Below are positions 1 to 9,598 of a stretch of DNA of 64,000 bases, in pieces. The stretch's first letter is position 1, and each line of letters starts with the position of its first letter. The notes under the pieces were generated by a model. That model ran no database searches, had not been told where the DNA came from, and saw only the letters and a program-made list of their open reading frames with translations. Made by a program: the position numbers and the translations under genes. This DNA comes from Patescibacteria group bacterium (GTDB lineage: Bacteria; Patescibacteriota; Dojkabacteria; J137), in assembly GCA_016861265.1 (NCBI GenBank), contig BOLA01000001.1, positions 267,569 to 331,568 on the forward strand. The letters are read 5' to 3'.

Positions 1-1097
1 ATAATAACGCTACCCAAGAAGGTACCAATTCCCATTAATGTAACTAGCAACCCAATTCCGGTTGCTTTATATTGTTTTGGAATATATAGGGATAGCCAGG
101 CTTTTGTAATGTTTTCGTATACAGTAGCAAATACACCCCACAAGATAAATGTTGCTACTAACGAATATAAAGGAAGATTATATGCAAAAAGTCCATACAC
201 AACTGCAAATACGATAAGAGCCAAAATCATTGATTTCTTATGTCCCAACTTATCACTTAAGGCCCCAATAGGATTTGCAACAATTACATAACTTATGTTG
301 TAGATTATGTATAAAATAAGTACTGCAATGTCTATTGGGAAAGAGGTTCCGTAACCGTTATTAAGTTGAATTAATTCTTTTGCCCTTAATAGAAAAAAGA
401 AATCAGTTGAGTTTATAAACGAAACTAAAACAATTCCAAGAAGCAACTTTTTATAGTTACTACTAGAAAGTCTTAGAAAAGATTTGAATGAAATTCTTTT
501 TTTCTTTTCTAATACTAAATCCTTACTATCTAATTTACTGCTTTTAACAAGGAATGTAAGAAATACAACAATAAAACCGGGAATTGCAGTATATATAAAT
601 AAATTAGTGTAGTTATAGTTACTTGCTGTTAGGAATACCAATGCCATAATAGGTGCAATGGCACCACCTAAGGTATCAAGAGACCTATGAAAGCTGAACA
701 CCTTTGCTCTGTCTTCTTCCTTAGATTCCGCAATTAGAATTGCATCTCTTGGAGCAGTTCTTATTCCTTTGGAGAACCTATCTGCAATTCTTGAAGCTAA
801 TATTAAAGGGAAGGCCTGAGTCAAACCCATTATGGGCTTCGATAATGCCGATATTCCATATCCTATTTTTATGAATATTGCCTTTTTTCCTAATTTATCT
901 GAAAAAAATCCAAAGAAAACTTTACTTACACTTGAGACCAGCTCTGCGAAGCCTTCGATTGAACCTATGGCTGCGTAACCTAAACCTATACTGGATAAAT
1001 ATAGTGGCAGTATTGGGTAAATAATCTCGCTTGCCAGATCGTTAAAGAAGCTAATAAGAGAAAGTAATAGAATATTTTTTGTTACGTATCGTTTCAA
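1..1097 (-). CDS. MFS transporter (runs off window start)
   Basis: Not in ORF track. Manual translation from TTG at 1097 (overlaps upstream TGA): MKRYVTKNILLLSLISFFNDLASEIIYPILPLYL...GFFSDKLGKK...RIADRFSKGIRTAPRDA...GALSDKLGHKK; MFS motif A twice, many TM helices. Confidence 0.85.
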   Translation of the reverse strand, partial: MKRYVTKNILLLSLISFFNDLASEIIYPILPLYLSSIGLGYAAIGSIEGFAELVSSVSKVFFGFFSDKLGKKAIFIKIGYGISALSKPIMGLTQAFPLILASRIADRFSKGIRTAPRDAILIAESKEEDRAKVFSFHRSLDTLGGAIAPIMALVFLTASNYNYTNLFIYTAIPGFIVVFLTFLVKSSKLDSKDLVLEKKKRISFKSFLRLSSSNYKKLLLGIVLVSFINSTDFFFLLRAKELIQLNNGYGTSFPIDIAVLILYIIYNISYVIVANPIGALSDKLGHKKSMILALIVFAVVYGLFAYNLPLYSLVATFILWGVFATVYENITKAWLSLYIPKQYKATGIGLLVTLMGIGTFLGSVI

Positions 1098-2416
1098 TTT
1101 GAAGAACTAATTAATACAAAATTTTTTCCCGCGGATACTTCTGTAATATTAATATCGGGCAAAGTCCTTATTGGATCCGGTGTATAGATCTGACTTAAAT
1201 TTGAACTTATTATTCCAGAGTTATTTTCTCCGAAAAGATGAAGTTCTCCATTTTTACTAAGTGTGGCAGAATAATCGTGAGATGCAAATACATGTTCAAC
1301 ATTTTTTAGCTTTAATAATGTTGGCTTGTCTACTTTCTCGGAAGTGCTTCCAATTCCTAGATCGCCCCGCAGGTTATAGCCCCAACCATAAACCTGCCCA
1401 AGGGAATTTAGTGCTAATGAATGCCTATAACCTGCGGACACTTCTACAATATTTTTTAATTCAGGAATTCTATATGGCTTCATATGGTCAGCTGTTGTTG
1501 AAACCTGCATGTATAGGTTACAACCCAAAGCCCACACATCACCTTTTGTATCGACTGCTAATGTATGCCCCCAACCCGCAGATATTTCCTTTATTGCCGA
1601 TAGACCCTCAATTTTAATCGGCGTTTTGGAGGAAAACCCTATAACTTCCTGGTTAGCACAGTAGGAATTGTAATCTTCTGTTTGATTGTTAATGTCGTTA
1701 CCCGAAGACGATGATGACGTAGGATCGTAGTAGCCCCCGATTCCAGGAACAGTTTTTGGGGAATTTAACCATGCATCAGCAGCTTTTTTACGTTCTTCAG
1801 AACAAGATCCACCCCAACCCCATACATTTCCGTACCTATCTAAGGCCAATGCAAATTTATAGCCTGCACTAATTTTTGTAATATCTCTTAACCCTTCAAT
1901 TTTTAAAGCATAAATACTGGAAGTATTATCACCTTTTCCTAGTTGCCCTGTTAAGTTATTACCCCATGCCCAGACTTGTCCATTCGAGTCTAAGGCAATT
2001 GAATAATCTGAACCGGCCGAAATATCTATAATATTATCCAGACTACTTCCTTCGGATTTTTCTACTGTCCTTTGTGTCTGTTCACCTTCTATACCATTCA
2101 AGCCATATTGCAAAACTTCTCCGTTAGAAGTTAAGAATATGGAGTGTTTATTTCCGGTCTCAAACTTAATTACATTGCTTACCCCCAAGTTCTGAAGCCC
2201 TACAGGAGATTTTAAAAAGTTATTCTTACCCAATTGCCCTGCGAAGTTGCTTCCAAAGCCAAAAATATTACCCTGTAAGGTATAGCTAGAAGGCAGGTTA
2301 ATACCTGGCTTCGGAATCTGAACCAGATTATTCAAGCCAAGGTAAACAATACTAACTATTACAATTATTCCAAGAACAATAAGTAAGTTTTGCCTTAGGT
2401 TATTGTTTTTAGACAT
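1094..2416 (-). CDS. Membrane-anchored RCC1/BLIP-II repeat beta-propeller protein
   Basis: N-terminal TM helix; repeated ISAGxxHSLALxxxGxVWAWGxNxxGQLG motifs. Confidence 0.9.
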   Translation of the reverse strand: MSKNNNLRQNLLIVLGIIVIVSIVYLGLNNLVQIPKPGINLPSSYTLQGNIFGFGSNFAGQLGKNNFLKSPVGLQNLGVSNVIKFETGNKHSIFLTSNGEVLQYGLNGIEGEQTQRTVEKSEGSSLDNIIDISAGSDYSIALDSNGQVWAWGNNLTGQLGKGDNTSSIYALKIEGLRDITKISAGYKFALALDRYGNVWGWGGSCSEERKKAADAWLNSPKTVPGIGGYYDPTSSSSSGNDINNQTEDYNSYCANQEVIGFSSKTPIKIEGLSAIKEISAGWGHTLAVDTKGDVWALGCNLYMQVSTTADHMKPYRIPELKNIVEVSAGYRHSLALNSLGQVYGWGYNLRGDLGIGSTSEKVDKPTLLKLKNVEHVFASHDYSATLSKNGELHLFGENNSGIISSNLSQIYTPDPIRTLPDINITEVSAGKNFVLISSSN

Positions 2417-2417
2417 A

Positions 2418-3230
2418 TTACAGTGAATCTCCTGTCTGAAGATAAATACTTAGTGCCATTAATCCGTATTCTAATCGAACAAATACATTTGATAATGTGT
2501 CCCTTAATCTATCGTCCCTATTAGTTACAGCATCTGAAAACAAATGCAGAGCCAAAGTATATTCAGTTAGAGAAGTTACAATACTCTGCTCATCTTTACC
2601 TGCTAACCCTAGCTGCTCAAGCATATGTTTGAATCTGTTATAAGAAGCAGTAAGTGCCTCATTGGAGAATAGATCTTCACCAGGATCGGATACAACAAAT
2701 AATCCAAACAAGATAGCAACATTTGCAGGATTGCCCTCAAATGTTTCAATTAAATATTTAAGATTTATAGTTTCCTGGGTAAAGGATTGCAGTGATGTGT
2801 TCAGATCTCTTGCTGTTTGAAAATCTGCCTGTTCGCCCTCGCTTTTAGCTTTTTCTATTAATTCCATTGTAGGGAATCTTCTGATATCAACCGTATGTGA
2901 AGCTATACCGGTATTGTTAAACTTTCTTAAGACTTCTTTGTCTAATTGTTCCTGATTATCAACAATAAAAGTTCTAATACTGTTTAAGAAATTTAGAATT
3001 AATATTCTAAAATTTTCAAATACGACTTCGGGAGCATCGTTAAAATACAAATCGAACCTTTCAGGGCCAAGTCTTAGTTGATGAGATCCACCTAACTTAA
3101 ATAGGTAATCCATTACTTCATCTCTATTAAATTGAAAATTTGTATAGTAGTCAACTAATCTATCAAGAGTTCCAATAGCGGTTTCAAGTAGTTCTTTTTT
3201 TTCTTCGTCGGGAAGATCCAGAGGTGCCAT
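2418..3230 (-). CDS. Hypothetical helical protein
   Basis: 270-aa ORF ending 1 nt before the RCC1 start; no motif recognised. Confidence 0.6.
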   Translation of the reverse strand: MAPLDLPDEEKKELLETAIGTLDRLVDYYTNFQFNRDEVMDYLFKLGGSHQLRLGPERFDLYFNDAPEVVFENFRILILNFLNSIRTFIVDNQEQLDKEVLRKFNNTGIASHTVDIRRFPTMELIEKAKSEGEQADFQTARDLNTSLQSFTQETINLKYLIETFEGNPANVAILFGLFVVSDPGEDLFSNEALTASYNRFKHMLEQLGLAGKDEQSIVTSLTEYTLALHLFSDAVTNRDDRLRDTLSNVFVRLEYGLMALSIYLQTGDSL

Positions 3231-3277
3231 CTAGCAACATTTAATAAATAACTAGACTATGATAACTCGTTACCTAT

Positions 3278-3640
3278 TTATGCTGCAACCCTTTCACCAG
3301 AAGTTGGTGTTGTATGAGTAGTATTTTGGCAAAGAATGAATAGATTTTCTCCGTAGAAACAAGCTTTAATACTAATGCTTCTTCCTAAGATTTGAACTTC
3401 TTGAAAAGGTGCATATGTAAAGCTAAGCGGATCAGTTTGAATTTCAATAGCCAATTGTTCATCTCCAGCTACAAGCGCATGTCTACCTTCTGGAGTCGAA
3501 GCTCGTATAAAGGTTATAGGCAGGTCTTCCTGTCCTTCTAAGTAAAACTCCACAGTATCTGAATCTGCAAGTTCTACAACCTGACTAATTGCCTTTTCTC
3601 CCTTAAAAATGTGTGTGTCTAATTTCGGTTCTATATTCAT
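3278..3640 (-). CDS. Hypothetical protein
   Basis: 120-aa ORF, co-oriented with downstream genes. Confidence 0.55.
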   Translation of the reverse strand: MNIEPKLDTHIFKGEKAISQVVELADSDTVEFYLEGQEDLPITFIRASTPEGRHALVAGDEQLAIEIQTDPLSFTYAPFQEVQILGRSISIKACFYGENLFILCQNTTHTTPTSGERVAA

Positions 3641-3788
3641 ATACCCTATAATAACATTTTAAATAAGATATAGTCAAACAAAACTGACTAGATTTATGCT
3701 ACCTGTAAAGCGAATACTATTCAAACTTAAATAGTGTCAGCATTTATAAATACTGTAAGTCTTTGCTGTTTTTTGATAATCTATTTTT

Positions 3789-5084
3789 ATGTCCAGTGTA
3801 ACTACAGAAACAAGTAATGAGCTTATTACAAACCCCAAGGGTTTTAGATTCGGCTTAAGTCTAAGCGGATCAAATTTTAGACTATTTTATTACTGTATAA
3901 CAGTTCTGTTTGTGTATTTGGCGGATTCAATTATGTCTTATACTACACCCAGTTATCTTGAGGATAACCTTTCGAGCACTGCACTTATGGGAATTGTCTT
4001 TGCAACATCATCACTTGTAGGTTTTATTGTGGATTTTTTACTTGGAGAAGTATTCCAGAATAAAAATTATAAGTTCTTTTTAAAGTGGAGCATACTTTTT
4101 GCAATTGGCTTTCCACTTGGTTATTTACTGTTCCCTGCCCACATTATTACATTATTAGTGGGACTAGCCATCTGGGGAATTTACTACGAATTCATTTCTT
4201 TTTCTAATTCACAATACATAATAGAAAAGACAGAAAGACATAATCACGAAACTGCCTGGGGAATTATGTACTTTTTTAGAGCAATATCTCTTACTATTGG
4301 TCCTATTATTGCTGCAGCACTAATTGATATATCTTACGAGTCCACATTCTTGGCCGCATTAGGCTTTTTGGCAATTGCAATTTTTTTATACTTTTTTGAC
4401 CCCGAAAGAAAAAGAAAAGCAATAAAAAAACCAGAACCTGAAATAATAAAGGTATCGGTTGTACAGGAATTAAAAGTATGGAGTATTTTTTCAAAAAGAC
4501 TATGGCTATTATTATTATTTTGTTTTGGCATTGTTTTTATAGATGCAGCATTTTGGAGTGTGGGGACATTATTATCCGAAGATTTGCATGCTCAAAATGG
4601 AGGTATTCCTGGACTACTTTTAGTATTGTATAGCTTGCCTATGTTCTTTATGGGATTCTTCGCAAAAAGAGTTGCGATGCCGTTTGGCAAGAAAAAAGCC
4701 GCATTCGTAACGGCATTAATAGGGTCTATATTCTTAATTCTAGTAGGTTTTACTACTGACTACGGTTTAATTAGTTTATTTGTATTTATATTTGCCTGTT
4801 TCTTTGCAATTGCAAGCCCTGAAATAAAAGGTGTTTTTGCGGATTACGACAGTAGAATGAATAGATCAAGAAATAGCTTAATAGGTCTTGAATCGGGTAT
4901 TTATAGTGCTGGATATGTTATTGGTCCTATTGTCTGTGGATTCTTAACCGACAAATTCGGACTTCGAGAAACTTTTTCTATAATTGGTATTGGAATGATT
5001 CTAATAATAATCCTTTGCCTAATTTTTGTTCCAAGAAAACTGAAGATGCCTAGATCGGAACTTGAGTTGTTAGACATGGATTAA
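3789..5084 (+). CDS. MFS transporter
   Basis: About 12 hydrophobic helices; GPIVCGFLTDKFG motif near C-terminus. Confidence 0.85.
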   Translation: MSSVTTETSNELITNPKGFRFGLSLSGSNFRLFYYCITVLFVYLADSIMSYTTPSYLEDNLSSTALMGIVFATSSLVGFIVDFLLGEVFQNKNYKFFLKWSILFAIGFPLGYLLFPAHIITLLVGLAIWGIYYEFISFSNSQYIIEKTERHNHETAWGIMYFFRAISLTIGPIIAAALIDISYESTFLAALGFLAIAIFLYFFDPERKRKAIKKPEPEIIKVSVVQELKVWSIFSKRLWLLLLFCFGIVFIDAAFWSVGTLLSEDLHAQNGGIPGLLLVLYSLPMFFMGFFAKRVAMPFGKKKAAFVTALIGSIFLILVGFTTDYGLISLFVFIFACFFAIASPEIKGVFADYDSRMNRSRNSLIGLESGIYSAGYVIGPIVCGFLTDKFGLRETFSIIGIGMILIIILCLIFVPRKLKMPRSELELLDMD

Positions 5085-5090
5085 AGTTTA

Positions 5091-5121
5091 TTACCGGATG
5101 CTTGGAGTAAGCATCCAGTAA
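5091..5121. terminator. Hairpin between convergent genes, probable bidirectional terminator
   Basis: TTACCGGATGCTT-GGAGT-AAGCATCCAGTAA inverted repeat. Confidence 0.7.
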
Positions 5122-5136
5122 CGTGCGACTTAAAAT

Positions 5137-5346
5137 TTATGGGCTGTAGTTAAGATACAATCTTCTCATTGCCCAGTAAACAATAAGCGCATAAAACACC
5201 CAACAAGCCCACATAAAGTCCCATTGAGTTAACAGATGAAGAAGAAAAAGGAATCCTCCCAACCCCGCAAGCAGTAGATGGACAAAGATTGCACCTGGTC
5301 TTCCTTCTGAATCCGCCTCATTCTGAGGCAAGTTGTCTGAATTCAT
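5137..5346 (-). CDS. Small two-TM membrane protein (SD-led stand-alone unit)
   Basis: AGGAGGT SD just before ATG at 5346; TATAAT upstream; two hydrophobic segments. Confidence 0.65.
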   Translation of the reverse strand: MNSDNLPQNEADSEGRPGAIFVHLLLAGLGGFLFLLHLLTQWDFMWACWVFYALIVYWAMRRLYLNYSP

Positions 5347-5489
5347 ATTCACCTCCTATTACAGACAAAAGATTATAACCCAATTGTGACTGTTGTTACA
5401 ATATGGAAACAGATTGTATAAATTACAGATTTTACATTTTCTTTACATTACAAGGCTATAATTACACTATTATTATTTAAGCTAGTAAT

Positions 5490-5738
5490 ATGAATCAAGA
5501 CTTAGCACAAATTCTTACAAACATAGATGCAATGATTAACTCTCTACGAGTAGACCCAACCAAGGTGAATAACTCACAGGTAGACGAAATCAAGAAGCTA
5601 AGAGATCAAATGGAAAGTAGACTTGAAAGCTATAATTCAACTCTGGCAAAAGCCAATGAAGATGTAAGAAAGGATCTTGATAGTTTATCTCGTCAAATTC
5701 AGCAGAGAATTTCGTATCTACTTCAACCTCAACAATGA
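5490..5738 (+). CDS. Small coiled-coil hypothetical protein
   Basis: 82-aa ORF with heptad pattern; TATAAT upstream. Confidence 0.6.
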   Translation: MNQDLAQILTNIDAMINSLRVDPTKVNNSQVDEIKKLRDQMESRLESYNSTLAKANEDVRKDLDSLSRQIQQRISYLLQPQQ

Positions 5739-5806
5739 TCACTGCTCTACCCAAAGAGTTTTATTCAAGAGAATCTCCCGATGTGGCAAAGGAACTTCTG
5801 AGTTGA
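5735..5806 (+). pseudogene. N-terminal remnant of a DNA-3-methyladenine glycosylase (MPG family)
   Basis: ATG overlaps upstream stop (ATGA); MITALPKEFYSRESPDVAKELLS* resembles the MPG N-terminus (LPxxFYxRxxxxVAxxLLG), then stops. Confidence 0.5.
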
Positions 5807-5851
5807 ACTTGCTTATCGGTAGATGAAAACTTGTGTTTTTTGCTAATCTTC

Positions 5852-5941
5852 TCAGGCTTCTGTCGATGCCTGGAAGAAGGTTTTAATGAGCATTCTTCCT
5901 GAAAAAACGAATGCCCCCTGAGTTAAACTACAGAAGAACAC
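5852..5941 (-). CDS. Possible 29-aa peptide (or decayed gene/ncRNA) in an SD-led, end-paired unit
   Basis: GTG after AGAAAGGAGGA; MFFCSLTQGAFVFSGRMLIKTFFQASTEA*; SD spacing is short. Confidence 0.3.
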   Translation of the reverse strand: MFFCSLTQGAFVFSGRMLIKTFFQASTEA

Positions 5942-5975
5942 TCCTCCTTTCTATTGATAACTTGACAGATAAAGG

Positions 5976-6004
5976 ATTTTAGCGCTACCAAAGTATATTG
6001 TCAA
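5976..6004 (-). promoter_or_regulatory. sigma70 promoter
   Basis: Minus strand TTGACA-17 nt-TAAAAT. Confidence 0.7.
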
Positions 6005-6106
6005 TATATTTAAGTGACACATATTTTAATAGATTTTTACACTAATATTATTCGTATTTAACATTGTGTAGTAATAATGATGACTATTAAATATTAATAA
6101 TGGTTT

Positions 6107-6283
6107 ATGGCTAAGTACGGTAAGAAAACTCAAAATAAAGTAAAAAAGGTTATGAAGGAATATAAAAAAGGTAAGCTCAAGATTGGAAAAAGTAATAAGA
6201 AAGTTACAAACAGAAAGCAAACAGTAGCAATAGGGTTATCTGAGGCAAGAAAGGAAGGCGCTAAAGTTCCAAAAAGAAAATAA
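6107..6283 (+). CDS. Small basic protein, DUF6496-like
   Basis: Below ORF cutoff; MAKYGKKTQNKVKKVMKEYKKGKLKIGKSNKKVTNRKQTVAIGLSEARKEGAKVPKRK has the KVxxRKQAxAIxLSEAR signature. Confidence 0.8.
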   Translation: MAKYGKKTQNKVKKVMKEYKKGKLKIGKSNKKVTNRKQTVAIGLSEARKEGAKVPKRK

Positions 6284-6286
6284 ACG

Positions 6287-6943
6287 CTACTCTACAAGAT
6301 AGGCTTTAACTACTAGTCTGTTTTCGGAACTATATAAAGGGGTGCAAGTATATATGGTTATCTCGTGAGCGTAATCAGAGTTGTCACGGATTTCAATTTG
6401 ATCTGCCGTGACTTCGAATACGCTATATATTTTATAGATAAGAACTTTCTGATTCCAGATTACCATTATATTGTCTCCTTCTTGCATTTGGTCTAAATTA
6501 TAGAAAGTATTGGTATTTGGAGGCAAGTACTGAAACCTATGACCTGCAATTACCATGTTGCCTGGCAGTTCAGGATTCGAAGTAAATGGCTCCCGCCAAA
6601 CTCCTTCTTTTACACTCAATATATCCAATGTTTCTGATTCAAGAATTTCGCTGTCGACATCTATTTTGGGTATAACCAGTCTGTTCTCAGTAGGGATTGG
6701 CTTCTGATTCTCAGAAGTTTTTATTTCATCCTTAAGTTGAGCATAGGAGACAGGGTAATCAAATTTATTAGGATCAATTCTTTTGAAGGCATAGTTTACC
6801 CGGGGCCATAGGGGCATAATCAAAGCGATTACACAAACAAAAATTACAACGCTAAAGAAGCCTAGTACTAGTTTTAACTTTAAGGGTAATTGTTTTAGAA
6901 CTTTTAACTTATCTTTTATTTTATTTAATTCTATTTTTTGCAT
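6287..6943 (-). CDS. Sortase (class D/E-like)
   Basis: N-terminal TM; VIAGHR (His), TIYTCTP (Cys), NRLVV (Arg) catalytic triad. Confidence 0.9.
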   Translation of the reverse strand: MQKIELNKIKDKLKVLKQLPLKLKLVLGFFSVVIFVCVIALIMPLWPRVNYAFKRIDPNKFDYPVSYAQLKDEIKTSENQKPIPTENRLVIPKIDVDSEILESETLDILSVKEGVWREPFTSNPELPGNMVIAGHRFQYLPPNTNTFYNLDQMQEGDNIMVIWNQKVLIYKIYSVFEVTADQIEIRDNSDYAHEITIYTCTPLYSSENRLVVKAYLVE

Positions 6944-7037
6944 TAATGCATACTAAGACCTTTTTATATTAATATATTTTTTATTAATTTTGAAATTGAT
7001 AGTTGTATAATTATTTATAGATATTAATTTTATTTTT

Positions 7038-7238
7038 ATGGATAGTTCTAAAAAGATTTATAGATCTGAAAAAGACAAGGTTATTGCAGGAGTATGCGCA
7101 GGACTAGCAGAATACCTAAATGTAGATGTTACATTAGTAAGATTAGTTTTCTTAGCGGGGGCGTTTTTAGGATTTAGTAGCACTATTTGGATTTATCTTG
7201 CAATGTGGCTTATTGTACCTGTGGAACCTTCAAAATAA
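7038..7238 (+). CDS. pspC: PspC domain protein
   Basis: KIYRSxxDKVIAGVCAGLAEYLNVDVTLVRL...YLAMWLIVP. Confidence 0.9.
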   Translation: MDSSKKIYRSEKDKVIAGVCAGLAEYLNVDVTLVRLVFLAGAFLGFSSTIWIYLAMWLIVPVEPSK

Positions 7239-7241
7239 TAC

Positions 7242-7261
7242 GGAGCCGTATATTCGGCTCC
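7242..7261 (+). terminator. Intrinsic terminator
   Basis: GGAGCCG-TATATT-CGGCTCC followed by TTT. Confidence 0.65.
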
Positions 7262-7275
7262 TTTAAATTATTCTA

Positions 7276-8067
7276 ATGATTGAATTAGACAAAAACATTT
7301 CAAGATATTCATCTTCTGATTTTATATTTCTATCCTTTCCTAAATCCGGAAGAACATGGATACGATATTTTATTGCAAAGTATATTGAATTAGAATTTCA
7401 GGAAGAGTTCACACTCGAAATAGAGGAAATTAATAATATTCCTAGAATAATATTTAGTCACAATTATTTTGACACTAAACAAGATATAGAAGAAGAGCCA
7501 GAAATTATTTTACAAAATCTTTTAAAACAAAAAGAGATTTTTATAGTTGTAAGGGACCCGAGGGACGTAGCAGTTTCGTATTATCATCAAAAGGTTAACA
7601 GGGAAGAAAGGCTAAAGGAAATGGACATCAATGAATTTGTATTCTCGCCCATTTATGGAATTGAACGCCAAGCTAAATTTGTTCTAAAACTTTTAGACTT
7701 AAGAAAAGAGCATACGGGAAGTAAATTAGTAGTCTACGAGAATTTATTAAGACAACCAGAAACTTACTTTTACAGAATGATAAACGGGATTTTCAAGGAG
7801 GTTAACAGTACAAATTTCTACAAAGCACTAAACGAATCCACTTTTGAAAAAATGAAGGAGTACGAATTAATGATTTCTAAACAGGGAGTAGGCGACTTCT
7901 CAAGAATTGGAAAGAAGCACTGGAACGGAGATAATAATTCGTTAAAAGTAAGAAAGGGAAAGTTGAATTCTTACCTAAGTGAACTAACTCCAGAGACGGT
8001 AGAGAAACTTAATAAATTACCGTTTACATCTCAATTAATTTACGAATTGGAAAATATTAGGTATTAA
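7276..8067 (+). CDS. PAPS-dependent sulfotransferase
   Basis: SFPKSGRTW (5'-PSB loop), RDPRDVAVSYYH (3'-PB), C-terminal KVRKG. Confidence 0.85.
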   Translation: MIELDKNISRYSSSDFIFLSFPKSGRTWIRYFIAKYIELEFQEEFTLEIEEINNIPRIIFSHNYFDTKQDIEEEPEIILQNLLKQKEIFIVVRDPRDVAVSYYHQKVNREERLKEMDINEFVFSPIYGIERQAKFVLKLLDLRKEHTGSKLVVYENLLRQPETYFYRMINGIFKEVNSTNFYKALNESTFEKMKEYELMISKQGVGDFSRIGKKHWNGDNNSLKVRKGKLNSYLSELTPETVEKLNKLPFTSQLIYELENIRY

Positions 8068-9506
8068 ATACTTTCTAGATCTAATTCCTGGTTAATTTTA
8101 ATCTGGGAGACGAATTCTTCGTTGTGGCTAACGATAATTAGTACACCCTTGTATTGATCTATTGCCTTAGCAATTACAGGTAAATGTCTAAAGTTAATGT
8201 GGTTACTTGGCTCGTCCATAATCAATATTCCAGGTTCCTGGAGCATGAATCTGGCATAGCATAAAAGGCCTTTTTGTCCGTCGGACAATGATTCCACTTT
8301 ATTTTCAAGCATTTCCCCACTAAGCATGAATCGACCTGCTGCTGCATACATCTTACTCTTATCCATTTCGGGCATTACTGCTAGTAATGCATTAAAGGCG
8401 GTATCATTAAAGTCCAATTCCGAAAAATCTTGACTGTAATAGCCGATTCGTACACCATCTGCGATTTTTACACCTTTCTTATCAAGAAAAGATTTTAATA
8501 ATGTACTTTTACCTATTCCATTTGGACCCTTTATTATTAATCTATCTCCTCTAAATAAATGATAATCAACTTGTTTTGTTATTGGTTTCCCATCTTTAAG
8601 CACCTCTACAGCGTTAATAGTCATAACTTCTCCCGGACAATGCTGCGCAGGTATCTCAAAGGATGGAATTGTTTTGTCTTCCTTTCGAACATCCACCATT
8701 TTCTCTCTGTCTTCTTCAATATCTGTTCTAACTTTGTTTGCAAGCTTTCGCATAGCAACACTTTTACCACCCAACTTATTTACTTTCTCGAATCGGTCTT
8801 TAATACTCTTCTCTATTCTTGCGTTTAATAATCTTTGTCTTTCTATCTCTGCGGCTATTTGTTGAACAACATCGTAATAGTTACCTACAAATTGATCTAC
8901 TTTTTTTGTATGAACATCTAGATTTAAAACTCCATCCGTAAAACTATTTAGAAAGTCAGCATCGTGAGAAATAACAATAACGGTTTTTGTATACTCCATT
9001 AAGAATAGTATTAGGTGACTTATTCCAACAATGTCTAAATTGTTTGTAGGTTCATCTAATAATAGTATGTCTGGGTTTTGTATTAATGCATATGCAAGTA
9101 ATAATCTGGACTTTTGCCCGCCTGATAAGTCTTTTACCAATTTAGTTACTGGAACTTCCAGATGTACAGCTTCTAAAACTTCATGTATTTTTTTATCAAT
9201 ATTAAAATTTGTATTATCGAAAGCACTCTCGAAGTATTGCTTGATTGTTAAATCTAGTTTGTGTCTTGGAACCATTTGCTCTGCAATTCCAATTTTAAGA
9301 TTCTGGTTAATAAAGATGTTACCTTTATCGGGTTTTAGAGTACCCATTATCATTTTAAAAATTGTACTTTTACCTGCGCCATTCTGTCCCATTATTGTAA
9401 TCTTGGAATTTTTTCGTACGGAAAAAGAGCTATCTTTTAAGATAACTTTATCACCATAACTAAAACTCACATTGTCAAATCTTATTACTACATCTTTTTG
9501 TTCCAT
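8064..9506 (-). CDS. ABC-F family ATPase
   Basis: Two ABC domains (GQNGAGKS, LSGGQ, LLDEPTN; GPNGIGKS, LSDGQ, MDEPSNH), no TM. Confidence 0.92.
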   Translation of the reverse strand: MEQKDVVIRFDNVSFSYGDKVILKDSSFSVRKNSKITIMGQNGAGKSTIFKMIMGTLKPDKGNIFINQNLKIGIAEQMVPRHKLDLTIKQYFESAFDNTNFNIDKKIHEVLEAVHLEVPVTKLVKDLSGGQKSRLLLAYALIQNPDILLLDEPTNNLDIVGISHLILFLMEYTKTVIVISHDADFLNSFTDGVLNLDVHTKKVDQFVGNYYDVVQQIAAEIERQRLLNARIEKSIKDRFEKVNKLGGKSVAMRKLANKVRTDIEEDREKMVDVRKEDKTIPSFEIPAQHCPGEVMTINAVEVLKDGKPITKQVDYHLFRGDRLIIKGPNGIGKSTLLKSFLDKKGVKIADGVRIGYYSQDFSELDFNDTAFNALLAVMPEMDKSKMYAAAGRFMLSGEMLENKVESLSDGQKGLLCYARFMLQEPGILIMDEPSNHINFRHLPVIAKAIDQYKGVLIIVSHNEEFVSQIKINQELDLESI

Positions 9507-9571
9507 ATTTTTTATACTAACGGCTTATGGATAATATACTAAAACTTATTAATATTCCATATCTTAATTTG

Positions 9572-9594
9572 TCCTGCCCCATCACGGGGCAGGA
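9572..9594 (-). terminator. Intrinsic terminator of 9599-10792
   Basis: TCCTGCCCC-ATCAC-GGGGCAGGA. Confidence 0.75.
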
Positions 9595-9598
9595 TTAT

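Noticed and set aside
6026-6220. 64-aa minus-strand ORF
   Set aside because: Antisense to the better-supported DUF6496-like gene at 6107-6283
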